A DNA stretch of 64,000 bases from positions 1,295,487 to 1,359,486 of the forward strand of contig CAWBWZ010000023.1 in assembly GCA_963792575.1 (NCBI GenBank), written 5' to 3'. Below, one piece after another: positions 1-12,379 of the stretch; within the stretch, counting starts at the first letter, position 1, and the number at the start of each line of letters is the position of its first letter. Source of the DNA: an uncultured Acidobacteriota bacterium (GTDB lineage: Bacteria > Acidobacteriota > Thermoanaerobaculia > Multivoradales > UBA5704). The notes under the pieces are model-generated. The model saw only the letters and a list, made by a program, of their open reading frames with translations, made no database searches and was not told where the DNA came from. A program made the position numbers and the translations under genes.

Positions 1-623
1 GTATCCGTGCCGAGCGGGTGGTCGGGGTCGGCCACGCGCTGGGCTCCGCGATCACGATTCTCGAGGCGGCCTACTACGGCGACGTGGACGGCGTGGTCCT
101 GACCGGCCTGACGCACACTCCGGGCGCGGGCCTGATGGAGGCCTTTTCGTTCTTCTATCCGGCGAGCCTCGATCCGGTCCTCGCCGGCCGGGGGCTGACC
201 GCCGGCTATCTGACCGCCCGCCCGGGCCATCGAGCCGATCTCTTCTACCACCCGCCGTTCGATCCCCAGGTGGTCGCGCTCGACGAGCAGCTCAAGGAGA
301 CCGTCACCACGGGCGAGCTGAGCAATCCGTTCGTCTGGCTGCAGCCGTCGCGGGACATCCATGTCCCGGTGCTGGTGATCGTCGGCGACTACGACAGGGT
401 TTTCTGCGGCCTTCCGACCTGCTCGGCCGCGAACACCCTGGTCAACGAAGCACGCTTCTACGCCCCCGACGCCTGCCTGGAGACGGTGGCCATCCCCGAT
501 GCCGGGAACGACCTGAACCTGCATCCCAACGCTCAGATTTCCTACGGGGCCATCCTGGACTGGATCGACCGGCGCGTGGGCGGCGATCCGCGCGCGCCGG
601 CGCCGCAGCCCTGCCAGCCGTAA
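1..623 (+). CDS. alpha/beta-fold hydrolase, C-terminal part (5' end upstream of window)
   Basis: ORF 18..623 is open to the window edge. GHALGSAI...VLVIVGDYDRVF...IPDAGNDLNLH looks like the C-terminal half of an alpha/beta hydrolase. Confidence 0.55.
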   Translation, partial: IRAERVVGVGHALGSAITILEAAYYGDVDGVVLTGLTHTPGAGLMEAFSFFYPASLDPVLAGRGLTAGYLTARPGHRADLFYHPPFDPQVVALDEQLKETVTTGELSNPFVWLQPSRDIHVPVLVIVGDYDRVFCGLPTCSAANTLVNEARFYAPDACLETVAIPDAGNDLNLHPNAQISYGAILDWIDRRVGGDPRAPAPQPCQP

Positions 624-684
624 GCTGTGGTAGCTTGTTTGCCACGCAGAGAAACCCCATGAAGCTCAAACGACCACTCAATCC

Positions 685-1464
685 ATGAACATCGTTCTCG
701 CTCCCGGCGTTCTTGGGTTCGATCGGTTCAGCAAGATTGAGTATTTCAAGGGCGTCGCCAACCATCTGAGGACGACGCTGGGCGCCGATGTCCTGGCTGC
801 GACGACGGTGCCCCTGGGCACGATCGAGCAACGTGCCGAGCTGCTCGCCCAGCAGATCCTCGACGCGAAATTCGATGCGTCGCCGGTGCACATTCTGGCC
901 CACAGCATGGGCGGGCTCGACGCGCGCCTCCTGATCGCCAGGAACGTGCGCGGCGTCGCGCCCCGGATCGCGTCGCTCACCGCCATCGCGACTCCGCATT
1001 TCGGCTCGCCGATCGCGACCCTTCTCGACAAGGCCAATCCGTTCACGAAATTTCCCCACCTGGGAGCGCACAGCGAGTTTATCGCCGAGCTGCGCGAGAA
1101 CACCAACGCGGTGCATGACCTGTCGGAGGTGACGGCTCGCCGATTCAACGAAGAATGCCCGGATGATCCCCGCGTGCGGTATTTCGAGGTCGCCGGAGTC
1201 GGCCGGCAGGGGCTCGTCCTGCCGGTCTCGGCACTGTTCCTGCCGACCTTCGCGATCGTGAGTCACAAGGTTTCCGGCAAGAATGACGGCGTGGTGTCGG
1301 TGAAATCCGCGACGCGCAACGGCACCCGCAAGCCGATCGCGAAATGGCCGGGCGACCACGCGGACCTGATCGGCCACAATCTGGACAGCCCGACCCTGTC
1401 CGCCGACCCGCCTTTTCCATACCTCGAAAAGTATGAGGAGCTCGTCCGCCGCCTGATGGCTTGA
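685..1464 (+). CDS. lipase/esterase, alpha/beta hydrolase
   Basis: Intact 259-aa ORF with nucleophile elbow AHSMGG (A-x-S-x-G as in Bacillus LipA-type lipases) and GDHADLIGH near the C-terminus. Confidence 0.75.
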   Translation: MNIVLAPGVLGFDRFSKIEYFKGVANHLRTTLGADVLAATTVPLGTIEQRAELLAQQILDAKFDASPVHILAHSMGGLDARLLIARNVRGVAPRIASLTAIATPHFGSPIATLLDKANPFTKFPHLGAHSEFIAELRENTNAVHDLSEVTARRFNEECPDDPRVRYFEVAGVGRQGLVLPVSALFLPTFAIVSHKVSGKNDGVVSVKSATRNGTRKPIAKWPGDHADLIGHNLDSPTLSADPPFPYLEKYEELVRRLMA

Positions 1465-1491
1465 AGGGTCGGATGGCATAGACTTCGGTCC

Positions 1492-2853
1492 GTGCGCGTC
1501 GCCTACTACAGCCCCCTCCCCCCCATGAAGTCCGGCATCGCGGACTACAGCGCCGAGCTGTTGCCGCATCTCGCGGAGCATTGCGAGATCGAGCTGATCG
1601 TCGACGAGGGGTTCCGCCCGGAGGAGACGCGATTTCCAGTCCATGGCGTCCGGGCGCTGCCGGGGCTGCTGGCGCAAGGGCGGTTCGACGCCGTGCTCTA
1701 TCAGCTCGGCAACAACCGCGATTACCACGCGTCGATCTACAGGTCGCTGATCGATCATCCCGGCGTCGTGGTACTGCACGAATACGTGATCCATCACCTC
1801 GTGCGGGATCTGACCCTCTTCGCCGGCGACCCGCAGGCCTACGTGCGCGAGATGCGCTACGCCTACGGCAGGACCGGCGAGGCGATGGGCCGGCGGTGCG
1901 TCGCCACCGGTGTGCCGCTCGACCCCTGGAGCTATCCGCTGTTCGAGCGGGCGGTGGACGCCAGCCGCGGCGTGATCGTTCACAACCATTTCACCCGCGA
2001 CCGCGTGCTCGCCTCGCGGCCGCTGGCACGGATCGCGACCGTTCCCCACCATCTGAGCCTGGAGGGGATGCCGGAAGTCTCCCCCGAAGAGGCGCGGCGC
2101 GTGCTGGGGATCGAGCCGGGGACCTTCGCCGTGGCGACCTTCGGTTTCCTCACCGCCTCGAAACGTCCCGAGGTGCTGCTGCGCGCTTTCGCCCGCCTGC
2201 GCCGGGAGGTGCCGGACCCTCAGACGATGCGGCTGCTGATCGTCGGCGAGGTCTCGCCGCACTTCGAATTCGACCGCGTCTTCACCCCGGAGCTGCGCGC
2301 GGGGGTCACGATTACCGGCCGGCTGGAGATCGACCGCTTCCTTCTCTATATGCAGGCGTGCGACGTGGCGGTGAACCTGCGCCATCCGACGGCGGGGGAG
2401 ACCTCGGGCACGGTGATCCGCCTGCTGGGCCTCGGCAAGCCGCTGATCGTGAACGAGACCGGCTCGTTCGCCGAGCTCCCGGACGGCGCAGCCGCCAAGG
2501 TTCCCCTCGACGACACGGAAGAGGACCTGCTGCTGGCCTATCTCCGCGCCCTCGCCGCCGACGAGCCGCTGCGCCGCCGGATGGGGGAGAACGCCCGCCG
2601 GCACATGGAGCTCCATCACGGCCTCGCCGCCTCGGCCCGTGGCTACGCGGACTTCCTGCGCGAGACGATCGCGGCCGGCGCCGCGCCGTTTCGCGCCGTC
2701 CCGCCGCTCCTCGCCTATCCGGAGGACGATCTGCTGAGCGATCTCGTCCGCGACGCCAGCGCCGAGCTGGTGGATCTCGGGGTGGAGGAGGCGGAGGACG
2801 ACCTGCTGCGGGAGCTCGCGGCGGCGATCGTCGAGGTCGACCTGGACCGCTGA
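1492..2853 (+). CDS. glycosyltransferase, GT4/GT-B family
   Basis: Intact 453-aa ORF with a GTG start. It has the MRVAYYSPLPPMKSGIADY N-terminus and a GETSGTVIRLLGLGKPLIV donor-binding region. Confidence 0.75.
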   Translation: MRVAYYSPLPPMKSGIADYSAELLPHLAEHCEIELIVDEGFRPEETRFPVHGVRALPGLLAQGRFDAVLYQLGNNRDYHASIYRSLIDHPGVVVLHEYVIHHLVRDLTLFAGDPQAYVREMRYAYGRTGEAMGRRCVATGVPLDPWSYPLFERAVDASRGVIVHNHFTRDRVLASRPLARIATVPHHLSLEGMPEVSPEEARRVLGIEPGTFAVATFGFLTASKRPEVLLRAFARLRREVPDPQTMRLLIVGEVSPHFEFDRVFTPELRAGVTITGRLEIDRFLLYMQACDVAVNLRHPTAGETSGTVIRLLGLGKPLIVNETGSFAELPDGAAAKVPLDDTEEDLLLAYLRALAADEPLRRRMGENARRHMELHHGLAASARGYADFLRETIAAGAAPFRAVPPLLAYPEDDLLSDLVRDASAELVDLGVEEAEDDLLRELAAAIVEVDLDR

Positions 2854-2880
2854 GGGGGAACGGGCATGAACACCGCCTCC

Positions 2881-3081
2881 GCCCGCAGGGCGGAATCTAT
2901 CCAGCCTGGGGTGTCAACCCCAGGTAGGAGGCCGCCAAGGTCCCCAAGCCCCGAAGGGCCGGCATGTCATTGCCGGTTCGAAACTCCAGCCAGGAGTGTC
3001 GGCCCTTCGGGGCTCATGGGATTTTTGGGGGCTCCCACCTGGGGTTGACACCCCAGGCTGGATAGATTCCGCCCTACGGGC
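2881..3081. repeat. nested-palindrome REP/MITE-like element, family 1, copy A1
   Basis: The 45-nt arms GCCCGCAGGGCGGAATCTATCCAGCCTGGGGTGTCAACCCCAGGT (2881-2925) and 3037-3081 are inverted repeats with 1 mismatch. An inner inverted repeat is AGCCCCGAAGGGCCG / CGGCCCTTCGGGGCT. Confidence 0.85.
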
Positions 3082-3146
3082 GGTCGAGGCCGACGTATTC
3101 TGAGATCTGTACAAAGAGGCCCGGGCGTTCACGCCCGGCGCTGGAC

Positions 3147-4457
3147 ATGGTACCTTCCGGCGCCATGCGTCGGCTTCTTCGGCTCGCGGTGGTCCCGATT
3201 CTCCTGCTGGTGATCGCGGGGCACTTCTTCTATTGGTACTGGCCGCGCGAGCGGGCGTCGGTGCCGGCGGGACTGCCGGCGCGGCTGCTCGCCTCGGGGG
3301 AGTATGGCGCCTGCCTGTGGGTGCCCTACCCGCACCAGAATCTTGGCAAGCTGGAGGGGTCGATCGCCGACGGTCCGGCCTATCTGGCCGCGGCGGCGCG
3401 GGTGGCCGATCTGCCGGCGCCGGTGATGCGCTCGTTCGGCCCCTTCGCGGTGCCGCCGTCGAGCGAGATCGTGGCCTGCTCGGATCTCGACGGCGACCGC
3501 TTCCTGCTGGTGGCGCGGGTCTACCCCGGTCTCGCGGCGGTGGCGAAGCTCGCCGGCCGCCTGGCGGACAACCCCTGGCTGAAGGGGGGCACGATCCGCG
3601 AGGAGCGGGGGAAGCGCGACGAGGTCCAGGAGCGGGCCCTCCAGGTCGCCTGGCGGGACGGCTACTGGACGGTGCGCTCCGGCGCCGAGCCGGCGCTGCT
3701 GGCGGCACCGCCGGCAGGAACCGCGCCGGACTACCCCTCCAGCCTGGGGATCTTCCACCTCGGGGAGGAGGTCTCGGACTTCCCGGCCGGCGACTACATT
3801 CTCCAGCGGCAGGGGAAGGGGCTCGACCTGACGCTGGCGGGGAGCGCGCCGGTGCCGCCGCCGCCGGCCTTCGTGGAAGCCGCGGACCCTCCCGCCCTGC
3901 TCGCCGTGGCCGGGCCGGCCTGGCCGGCCGACGCGGAGCGGCCGCTGCCGCCGGCGGCGATGGTGCTGTTCAACGTCAAGGGGGGAGGGCTGCACCTCGG
4001 CCCCCTGGGGGACGTGCCGGGAATCGCGGTGCTCAACCCGCCGGGGGAGAAGCGGTGGGCGGTGCCGGCGCGGGGGCTCGCGGGGCTGCTGGCGCAGAAC
4101 ATGCCGCGGGGGAATGCGTCCGGATGGAGCATTGTTGCCGTGGATGACGCGAGTCTCGCGAGCGCCCAGGCTCTCGCTCCCCAGATCAATCGGCTGGTAT
4201 CGCCGGCCGGCGCGGGCGCGCAACCGGCTTCCGGCCAGATCATCCTGGGGTTGTGGGTGAAACCCCGGCCGGCCCTGCGGCTGGTCTCCCAGTTCCGCAA
4301 GGGGCTGGAGAAGTTTCCCCTGGCGGACCGGCGGCAGGTCGAGCGGTGGCGCAACTGGGAGACACTGCTCTCCCCCCTCGCCGCCTGCGAGCGGGCCTCG
4401 GTCCTGGCGACCCGGTCGCCTTCCGCCTTCCTCCTCCGTCTGCAGGAGTGCGATTGA
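3147..4457 (+). CDS. hypothetical protein with N-terminal membrane anchor
   Basis: Intact 436-aa ORF with high GC3. It has the hydrophobic segment LLRLAVVPILLLVIAGHFFYWYW. I recognise no family. Confidence 0.5.
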   Translation: MVPSGAMRRLLRLAVVPILLLVIAGHFFYWYWPRERASVPAGLPARLLASGEYGACLWVPYPHQNLGKLEGSIADGPAYLAAAARVADLPAPVMRSFGPFAVPPSSEIVACSDLDGDRFLLVARVYPGLAAVAKLAGRLADNPWLKGGTIREERGKRDEVQERALQVAWRDGYWTVRSGAEPALLAAPPAGTAPDYPSSLGIFHLGEEVSDFPAGDYILQRQGKGLDLTLAGSAPVPPPPAFVEAADPPALLAVAGPAWPADAERPLPPAAMVLFNVKGGGLHLGPLGDVPGIAVLNPPGEKRWAVPARGLAGLLAQNMPRGNASGWSIVAVDDASLASAQALAPQINRLVSPAGAGAQPASGQIILGLWVKPRPALRLVSQFRKGLEKFPLADRRQVERWRNWETLLSPLAACERASVLATRSPSAFLLRLQECD

Positions 4458-4512
4458 CAAGCGGGCGGGGAACCCTATAGCCTTCGCGGTTGCCCCGGTT
4501 GGAGATTTTCTC

Positions 4513-5043
4513 ATGAAGATTTGGCTGGATCAGGTTCGTGACGAACCTTTCAACTGGGACGAGACGCAGAACGTCTCTCCGGAGACCCTGGACCGCCCCG
4601 AGCTGCTGGCTCTCGGTCCAGTCCATTGGCGCGGCCAGGTGGTGTTCGCCGATCCCGGGTTTTTCCTGCGGGCGCGGCTTTCCTACGAGCAGACCCTGAG
4701 CTGTAACCGGTGCCTGAAGCCGATCGTCGAGCCCACCCGGGACGACATCGAGCTGATGGTCCTGGTGGACCGCCATCCGGAAGTGGAGAGCGAGCATGCG
4801 TTGCACGTGCAGGACCTGGGGCAGTTGTACATCAACGAGGAGATCCTCGAGACCGACCCCATCCTGATCGAGCAGCTTCAGCTCAACGTGCCGATGAAGC
4901 CGCTCTGCCGCGCCGACTGCAAAGGGCTCTGCCCGGAGTGCGGCGCCGACTTGAACGAGGGAGCCTGCTCTTGCGCGGAGACCAAGCCGGACCCCCGCTG
5001 GGAGGCTCTCGCCGCGCTGAAAAGCCGGTTTGAAGAGAAATAA
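4513..5043 (+). CDS. yceD: YceD/DUF177 family protein
   Basis: Intact 176-aa ORF directly upstream of rpmF, with the C-terminal Cys cluster CRADCKGLCPECGADLNEGACSC typical of DUF177. Confidence 0.8.
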   Translation: MKIWLDQVRDEPFNWDETQNVSPETLDRPELLALGPVHWRGQVVFADPGFFLRARLSYEQTLSCNRCLKPIVEPTRDDIELMVLVDRHPEVESEHALHVQDLGQLYINEEILETDPILIEQLQLNVPMKPLCRADCKGLCPECGADLNEGACSCAETKPDPRWEALAALKSRFEEK

Positions 5044-5070
5044 CACGATTCCTGAAGAGGCTCGACGACC

Positions 5071-5259
5071 ATGCCGAATCCGAAACGCCGCCATTCCAAA
5101 GCCCGCCGCGACAAGCGCCGCGCTCACGACGCTCTGGAGCATCCCGCCATGTCCACCTGCCCGAACTGCGGCGAGGTCAAGCTGCCGCACCGCGCGTGCC
5201 CGAGCTGCGGGCAGTACCGCGGCCGGCAGGTGATCGAGGGCAAAGAGGCTCCTAGCTGA
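5071..5259 (+). CDS. rpmF: 50S ribosomal protein L32
   Basis: [19 protein letters not shown] plus the zinc-ribbon CPNCGE...CPSCG. Confidence 0.95.
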   Translation: MPNPKRRHSKARRDKRRAHDALEHPAMSTCPNCGEVKLPHRACPSCGQYRGRQVIEGKEAPS

Positions 5260-5327
5260 CTCCTCGGGAGCACCGGGGATCAATCGTCCGGATCAACAAC
5301 GTCCGGCCATCCGAGGTTCAGCCCGTC

Positions 5328-6387
5328 ATGCCGATCGCCGTTGACGCCATGGGGGGGGACTTGCGCCGCAGTGCGCGGTGGAGGGTGCCTTCCGCGCCGC
5401 CCGCGAGGACGGCTGCTCGATTCTCCTCGTGGGCGACCGCGCCCGCCTGGAGGCGGAGCTGCGCCAGGCACGGTCTCCCTGCGGCTTCTCGGACGGGCGG
5501 ATCGAGATCGTCCACGCCGAGGAGGTGGTGGGCATGGACGAGCCGGCGATCACCCCGATCCGCAAGAAGCGCCGCTCCTCGATGCGCCTGGCCGCCGAGC
5601 TGGTCAAGGACGGGCGGGCGGCCAGGCGATGGTCACCGCCGGCAACACCGGCGCCGCGATGATCGCCGCCAAGATGGTGATCGGCACGGTCTCCGGCGTC
5701 GACCGGCCGGCGCTCGCCGCGGTGCTGCCCAACCCGCGCGGCCGCACGGTGCTCCTCGACGTCGGCGCCAACGTCGACACCAAGCCGGTCCACCTGCGCG
5801 AGTTCGCCGTCATGGGACACTTCTATGCGCAGGAGGTGATCGGCACCCCCTCGCCGCGCATCGGCCTGATGTCGATCGGCGAGGAGGAGGGGAAGGGGAC
5901 GGACCTCACCCGCGAGGTGTTCAAGGTGCTGAAGACGACCGGCCTCAACTTCGTCGGCAACGTCGAGGGGGGGGACCTGTTCAACGGCACGGTGGACGTC
6001 ATCGTCTGCGACGGCTTCGTCGGCAACGTGGTGCTGAAGAGCGCCGAGGCGCTCGCCGAGCTGCATCCTCCGCATGCTGCGCGAGGAGATCGCGGGGAGC
6101 CCGCGCGGCAAGCTCGGCTACCAGCTCGCCAAGCCCGCCTTCGACCGCTTCCGCGAGCGCACCGACTACAGCGAATACGGCGCGGCGCCGCTGCTCGGCT
6201 TGAACGGCGGCTGCTTCATCGGCCACGGCCGCTCGAACGCCCGCGCCATCCAGAACGCCATCCGCCGGGCCATCGGAGTTCTCGAACGCCCGGCTCGACC
6301 GCAAGATCAGCGACAAGCTCGCCGAGCTGCACAGCCAGGAGGAGCGGCTCCTCGGGCGACGATCGCCAGGAGGCCGAAGCCGGATGA
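5328..6387 (+). pseudogene. plsX: phosphate acyltransferase PlsX (frame disrupted as sequenced)
   Basis: MPIAVDAMGGD starts at 5328. The motifs EGAFRAAREDG, MVTAGNTGAAMIAAK, VLLDVGANVD and LNGGCFIGHGRSNARAIQNAI lie in three frames, giving about 4 switches near 5360, 5625, 6065 and 6285. The stop overlaps the fabD ATG (ATGA). Confidence 0.9.
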
Positions 6388-7359
6388 GTCTCGACCAGGC
6401 AAGAAGCTCGCGTTCGTCTTTCCCGGCCAGGGATCGCAGAAGGTCGGCATGGGCAAGGCGTGGGCCGAGGCCTCGCCCGCCGCCCGCGAGACCTTCGAGG
6501 AGGCCGACGAGGCGCTCGGCTTCCCGCTCTCCCGGCTCTGCTGGGAGGGGCCGGAGGAGGAGCTGAACCTCACCGCCAACACCCAGCCGGCGCTGGTGGC
6601 GGCGGCGACCGCCGTCCACCGCGCGCTCGCCGTCCTGGCGCCCGAGCTCGTGCCGGTCGCCATGGCGGGGCACAGCCTGGGCGAGTACTCGGCGCTGGTG
6701 GCGGCCGGCGCGCTCGGCTTCGCCGACGCGCTGCGCCTGGTGCGCCGGCGCGGCGAGCTCATGCAGGAGGCGGTGCCGGTGGGCAAGGGGGCGATGGCGG
6801 CGATCATCGGCCTCGACGCCGAGTACGATCGCCGGCGATCGCCGCCGAGGCGACCGCGCGAGGGACGAGGTCTGCGCGGTGGCCAACCTGAACGGCCCGG
6901 CGCAGACGGTGATCGCCGGCCACAAGGGGGCGGTCGACCGCGCCGTCGGCGCTCGCCAAGGAGCGGGGCGCCCGCAAGGCGACGCTGCTCGCCGTCTCCG
7001 CGCCCTTCCATTCGCCGCTGATGCGCCCGGCCCGCGAGGGGATGGCGCCGCTGCTCGCGGCGACCGACTTCCGCGATCCGCGGGTGCCGGTGGTGACCAA
7101 CGTCGACGCCGCCCCGGCCGACCACCGGGCGACGCGGCTCGCGACGCCCTGATCCGCCAGATCGACAGCCCGGTGCGCTGGGTCGAGTCGGTGCTCTGGA
7201 TGGAGGAAGTCCTCGGGGTCGAGGCGTTCGTGGAGGTGGGGCCGGGCAACGTGCTCTCGGGGCTCAACCGGCGGATCGTCCGCTCGGCCCGCGCGACCGG
7301 GATCTCGGATCCCGATCAGCTCCGGCAGCTGCTCGGCGGAGGACGGAGGCAGAGCATGA
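6384..7359 (+). pseudogene. fabD: malonyl-CoA:ACP transacylase (frame disrupted)
   Basis: KKLAFVFPGQGSQKVGMG, GHSLGEYSALVAAG, NLNGPAQTVIAGH, VSAPFHSPLM and IDSPVRWVESV are spread over three frames. The 3' end is approximate. Confidence 0.9.
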
Positions 7360-8106
7360 TGTTGAAGCTCGACGGCAAGACCGCGCTGGTGACCGGCGCC
7401 TCGCAGGGGATCGGCGAGGCGATCGCGAAGCTCGCTCGCGCCAGCAGGGCGCGCGCGTGGTGCTGGCGGCGCGCAACGAGGAGAAGCTGAAGTCGCTGGC
7501 CGCCTACATCGACGCCGGCGGCGGCTGCGCCCGGCCGCTGGCGCTCGACGTCTCGGCAGCCGGAGACCTTCGGCGAGCGGCTGAAGAGCCTGCCCGAGGA
7601 CTTCGCGGCGGTCGACATCCTGGTCAACAACGCCGGCATCACCGCCGACAACCTGCTCGCCCGCATGTCGCTCGACGACTGGGAGCGGGTGCTGCGCACC
7701 AACCTGACCGGCGCCTTCGCGCTCACCAAGGAGGTGGTGCGGGGGATGATGAAGCGGCGCTGGGGGCGGGTGATCAACGTCTCCTCGGTGGTCGGGATGA
7801 TGGGCAACGCCGGCCAGGCGAACTACGCGGCCTCGAAGGCCGGGCTGATCGGCTTCAGCAAGTCGCTCGCCCGCGAGCTGGGGAGCCGCAACATCACGGT
7901 CAACGTGGTGGCCCCCGGCTACATCGAGACCGCGATGACCGACGGGCTGCCGGCGGCGTCCAAGGAGGAGCTCGACCGGAGCGATCGCCTTGAAGCGCCT
8001 GGGCACGGTGGACGACATCGCCTGGGCCGTGCTCTTCCTCGCCAGCGAGGAGGCGGGGTACATCACGGGGCACACCCTGAACGTCTCGGGTGGCCTCTAC
8101 ATCTGA
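7356..8106 (+). pseudogene. fabG: 3-oxoacyl-ACP reductase (frame disrupted)
   Basis: LDGKTALVTGASQGIGEAIA, NNAGIT, SSVVGMMGNAGQANYAASKAG (YxxxK), and the end [12 protein letters not shown]. There are about 3 frame switches. Confidence 0.9.
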
Positions 8107-8251
8107 AGCGCCGGGCGGAGAAACGGGAAACGGAGCCGTTGCAGCGCCTGTAGTTGATGGACTCAACAAGGAGCTTTGTGCTAGAACCGCAGGTCGTGCG
8201 CGGGCGCGCCCCGGGCCGATCACGATAAGATCGACAAGGAGGGAATCATCG

Positions 8252-8495
8252 ATGGCCATTGCAGATAAGGTCAAGAGCATCATCGTCGAGCAGCTCGGGG
8301 TCGACGAAGAGGAAGTCACGCTGGATGCGTGCTTCACCGAGGACCTGGGAGCGGATTCCCTGGACATCGTGGAGCTGGTGATGGCGTTCGAGGAGGAGTT
8401 CGGGATCGAGATCCCGGACGAGGAGGCCGAGAAGATCAGTCAACGTTCGCGAGGCCGTGGACTACATCCAGAACAACGCCGGGGACCAGAACTAG
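8252..8495 (+). pseudogene. acpP: acyl carrier protein (one indel near 8438)
   Basis: [62 protein letters not shown] contains the DSL site. The tail [18 protein letters not shown] is in another frame. Confidence 0.9.
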
Positions 8496-8535
8496 GTCTC
8501 TCTCCACCGCCACTACCCTCGACAAAGATCCAGTC

Positions 8536-9759
<1,224 letters not shown>

Positions 9760-9788
<29 letters not shown>

Positions 9789-12018
9789 CTCCCCCTTCCA
9801 CCCCCAGCAGCTCGCGCTCGAAAAACTCGGTCGCCCGGGCGTAGAAGTGCCGGAGCTCCGCCGGCCGGAAGCCGTGCTTCTGGCCGGGGTAGAAGGCCTG
9901 CTCGACGGGGAGGCCGGCCTTGATCAGGGCGCCGCTCATCTGGACGGTGTTCTGCGGGTGGACGTTGTCGTCCGCGAGACCGTGGACGATCAGCAGCCGG
10001 TCCTTGAGGTTGGCGGCGTAGGTGAGGGGGGAGGAGTCGTGGTAGCCCTCCGCGTTGTCCTGCGGGCGGTCGAGATAGCGCTCGGTCCAGATCGAGTCGT
10101 AGAGCTTCCAGTCGGTCACCGGGGCGCCAGCGATGGCGGCCTTCCAGACCCCGGGGCGGTTGAGGATGCAGTAGAGCGTGTTGGCGCCGCCGCCCGACCA
10201 CCCCCAGAGGCCGAGGCGGGAGGGGTCCACCCAGGGGAGGCTCTTCAGGTAGTCGACCCCGGCGAGCTGGCCGGCGAGGTTGACCGGGCCGAAGCGGCGG
10301 TAGTCGCGGTCCTCCCCCGACTTGCCGAAGAAGATCGAGGACTGGTTGTCGACGCTGAAGACGGCGAACCCCCGCAGGGCCATCAGCTTGTGCCAGACCG
10401 ACCGGCCCCCCCAGTTGTTGTCCACCACCTGCGAGCCGGGGCCGCCATAGTGATAGATCAGCACTGGATAGCGCTTGGACGGGTCGAAGCCGGCGGGCTT
10501 GAGCAGGCGCGCCGGCAGGCGTGAGCCGTCCGGCCCGGGGATGGTGAGGAACTCCCATCGCGGCAGCGCCGCCGCGTCGAGCTTGGGCGCGCCGGCGGGG
10601 AAGGGGACGGCCGCGCCGGCCGCGAGCCGCACCTCGATGCGCGGCGGCGTGTTGGCGTCGCTCCAGACGTGCACCCAGGAGCCGGTGCGCGGCGAAACCA
10701 GGGCCTGGTGCCAGCCGGGCGCCGGGGTCAGCACCTCCCAGTCCCCGCTCCCGGGGGTGTCGAGGCGAACCCGGGCCACCTTGCGGTCGATCGCGCCCAG
10801 CTCGGAGGTGGGGAAGCCGGTGACCAGGGCCCAGGTGCCGTCCTCCGCCACGGAGTCGAGGGCGGTGATCGACCACCCTTCAGGGGTTACCGGGCGCACC
10901 AGCGTGCCGTTGGCGGCGTAGAGATAGAGGCGGCGCCAGCCGCCGCGCTCGGAGCCCCAGAGAAAGTGGCCGTCGGGGAGGAACCGGAAGTCACGGCCGA
11001 GGTTGATCCAGGTCCGCCATTGCTCGGTTACCAGGGTGACGCAGGCGCCGTCGGCGGCGTCGCAACGGAGGAGGTCGAGCCGGTTCTGGTCCCGGTTCAT
11101 GCGCTGGATGGCGACCGCGTCCCCACGCGGCGTCCATTCGAGCCGCGCCAGGTAGGAGGTGGGGTCGCCGGTCTTCATCCAGGTGGTTTTGGCGGTGGCG
11201 AGATCGGCGACGCCGATCCTCACCTGCGGGTTGTTGGTGCCGGCCTTGGGGTACTTCTGCAGGAGGATCTCCGGGTAGAGCGGAGAGTCGTTCAGCAGCG
11301 AGTAGATGCCGACCGAGCGCTCGTCGAAGCGGTAGTAGGCGAGGTGGGAGCTGTCCGGGCTCCACCAGTAGGCGCGGGGCTCGCGGTCCCAGATCTCCTC
11401 GCCGTAGACCCAGTCGACGATGCCGTTGAGCGTGTTGTTCTCCCGGCCGTCGCTGGTCAGCCGGGTCTCCTGCCCCTTCGCGATGTCGAGCACGTAGAGA
11501 TCCTGGGCGCGCACGAAGGCGATGCGGCGGCCGTCGGGCGAGAAGCGGGCGTCGGTCTCCTCGATCTCCGTGCGGGTCAGCCGGCGGAGCTTTCCGGCCT
11601 TGAGGGTGGAGGGAGCGAGCGGCAGCAGGTAGAGATCGCCCTTGGAGGCGAGGAGCAGAGAATCCCCCTGGGGGGACCAGGAGTAGGCGTCGAGATCGAA
11701 GTCCTTCCCACCTTCCCCCAGATCCGCGAGCTTCGCCAGGATCTCGCTGCGGCCGGTCGCGGCGTCGTAGAGCCAGAGGGAGTCCTTCGCATCCTTGCCA
11801 CTATTACCTTGGTTATCGCCGTCCCAGACGTAGATCAGGCGCTTGCCGTCCGGGGACCAGGCCTGCTGCAGCGGCCGGCGTCCGTAGGCGTCCGGCGCCA
11901 GGGCGGTCTCGATCGTGAGCGGGGCGGTCTGCTCCTGCGGCGGGACCTCCGGGGTCGCGGCACGGGGGGTGAGCGCCGCGGCGACGGCGAGGCAACAGGC
12001 GATGAGCGGATGACGCAT
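9760..12018 (-). CDS. dipeptidyl-peptidase IV / prolyl oligopeptidase S9 family, secreted
   Basis: Intact 752-aa ORF with a signal peptide ([16 protein letters not shown]), propeller repeats ([16 protein letters not shown]) and the catalytic GWSGGG and DDNVH motifs. Confidence 0.9.
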
Positions 12019-12122
12019 GCGTTCTCTCCTCCAGGGTGGTCGGAAGCGGGGGTGAGTTTACCGCGTGGGGCCTCCGGGGCCTCAAGACACCCTTTACAGG
12101 GCTCCTTCCCATCGGGGATGAC

Positions 12123-12259
12123 CTGCCCTCCGAGTCCTCACCCTCGGTCCCTCTCCCGGGGGGAGAGGGAGGGCCCTGCGGCGCAGGATTATGCCGAATC
12201 GTAGGGCCCTCCCTCTCCACGAAGTGGAGAGGGACCGAGGGTGAGGATTCGGAGGGCAG
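12123..12259. repeat. palindromic element, family 2, copy E1
   Basis: The ends CTGCCCTCCG (12123) and CGGAGGGCAG (12259) are inverted. Each arm holds its own hairpin, CCCTCTCCCGGGGGGAGAGGG and CCCTCTCCACGAAGTGGAGAGGG. Confidence 0.8.
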
Positions 12260-12379
12260 GGCGCTCCGCCCGGCAAGATGCCTATGAACCCGGGCTCTCC
12301 GCCTCCGGGGCCTCCTGCAACCTTTTCCTCCCCCCGCCCGTAGTGCTCAACGGAGAATGGAAAACCGGAGGCAAAAGCC

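Noticed and set aside
442-2619. Very long antisense or overlapping ORFs, for example 442..2619(-) at 725 aa, 3129..4514(-), 5999..7267(-), 10669..12204(+), 21485..22657(-) and 61843..63738(-).
   Set aside because: They are Arg/Pro/Gly/Ala-rich with no recognisable motifs, and they overlap genes with clear homology on the other strand or frame. At this GC content, stop codons are rare in all six frames.
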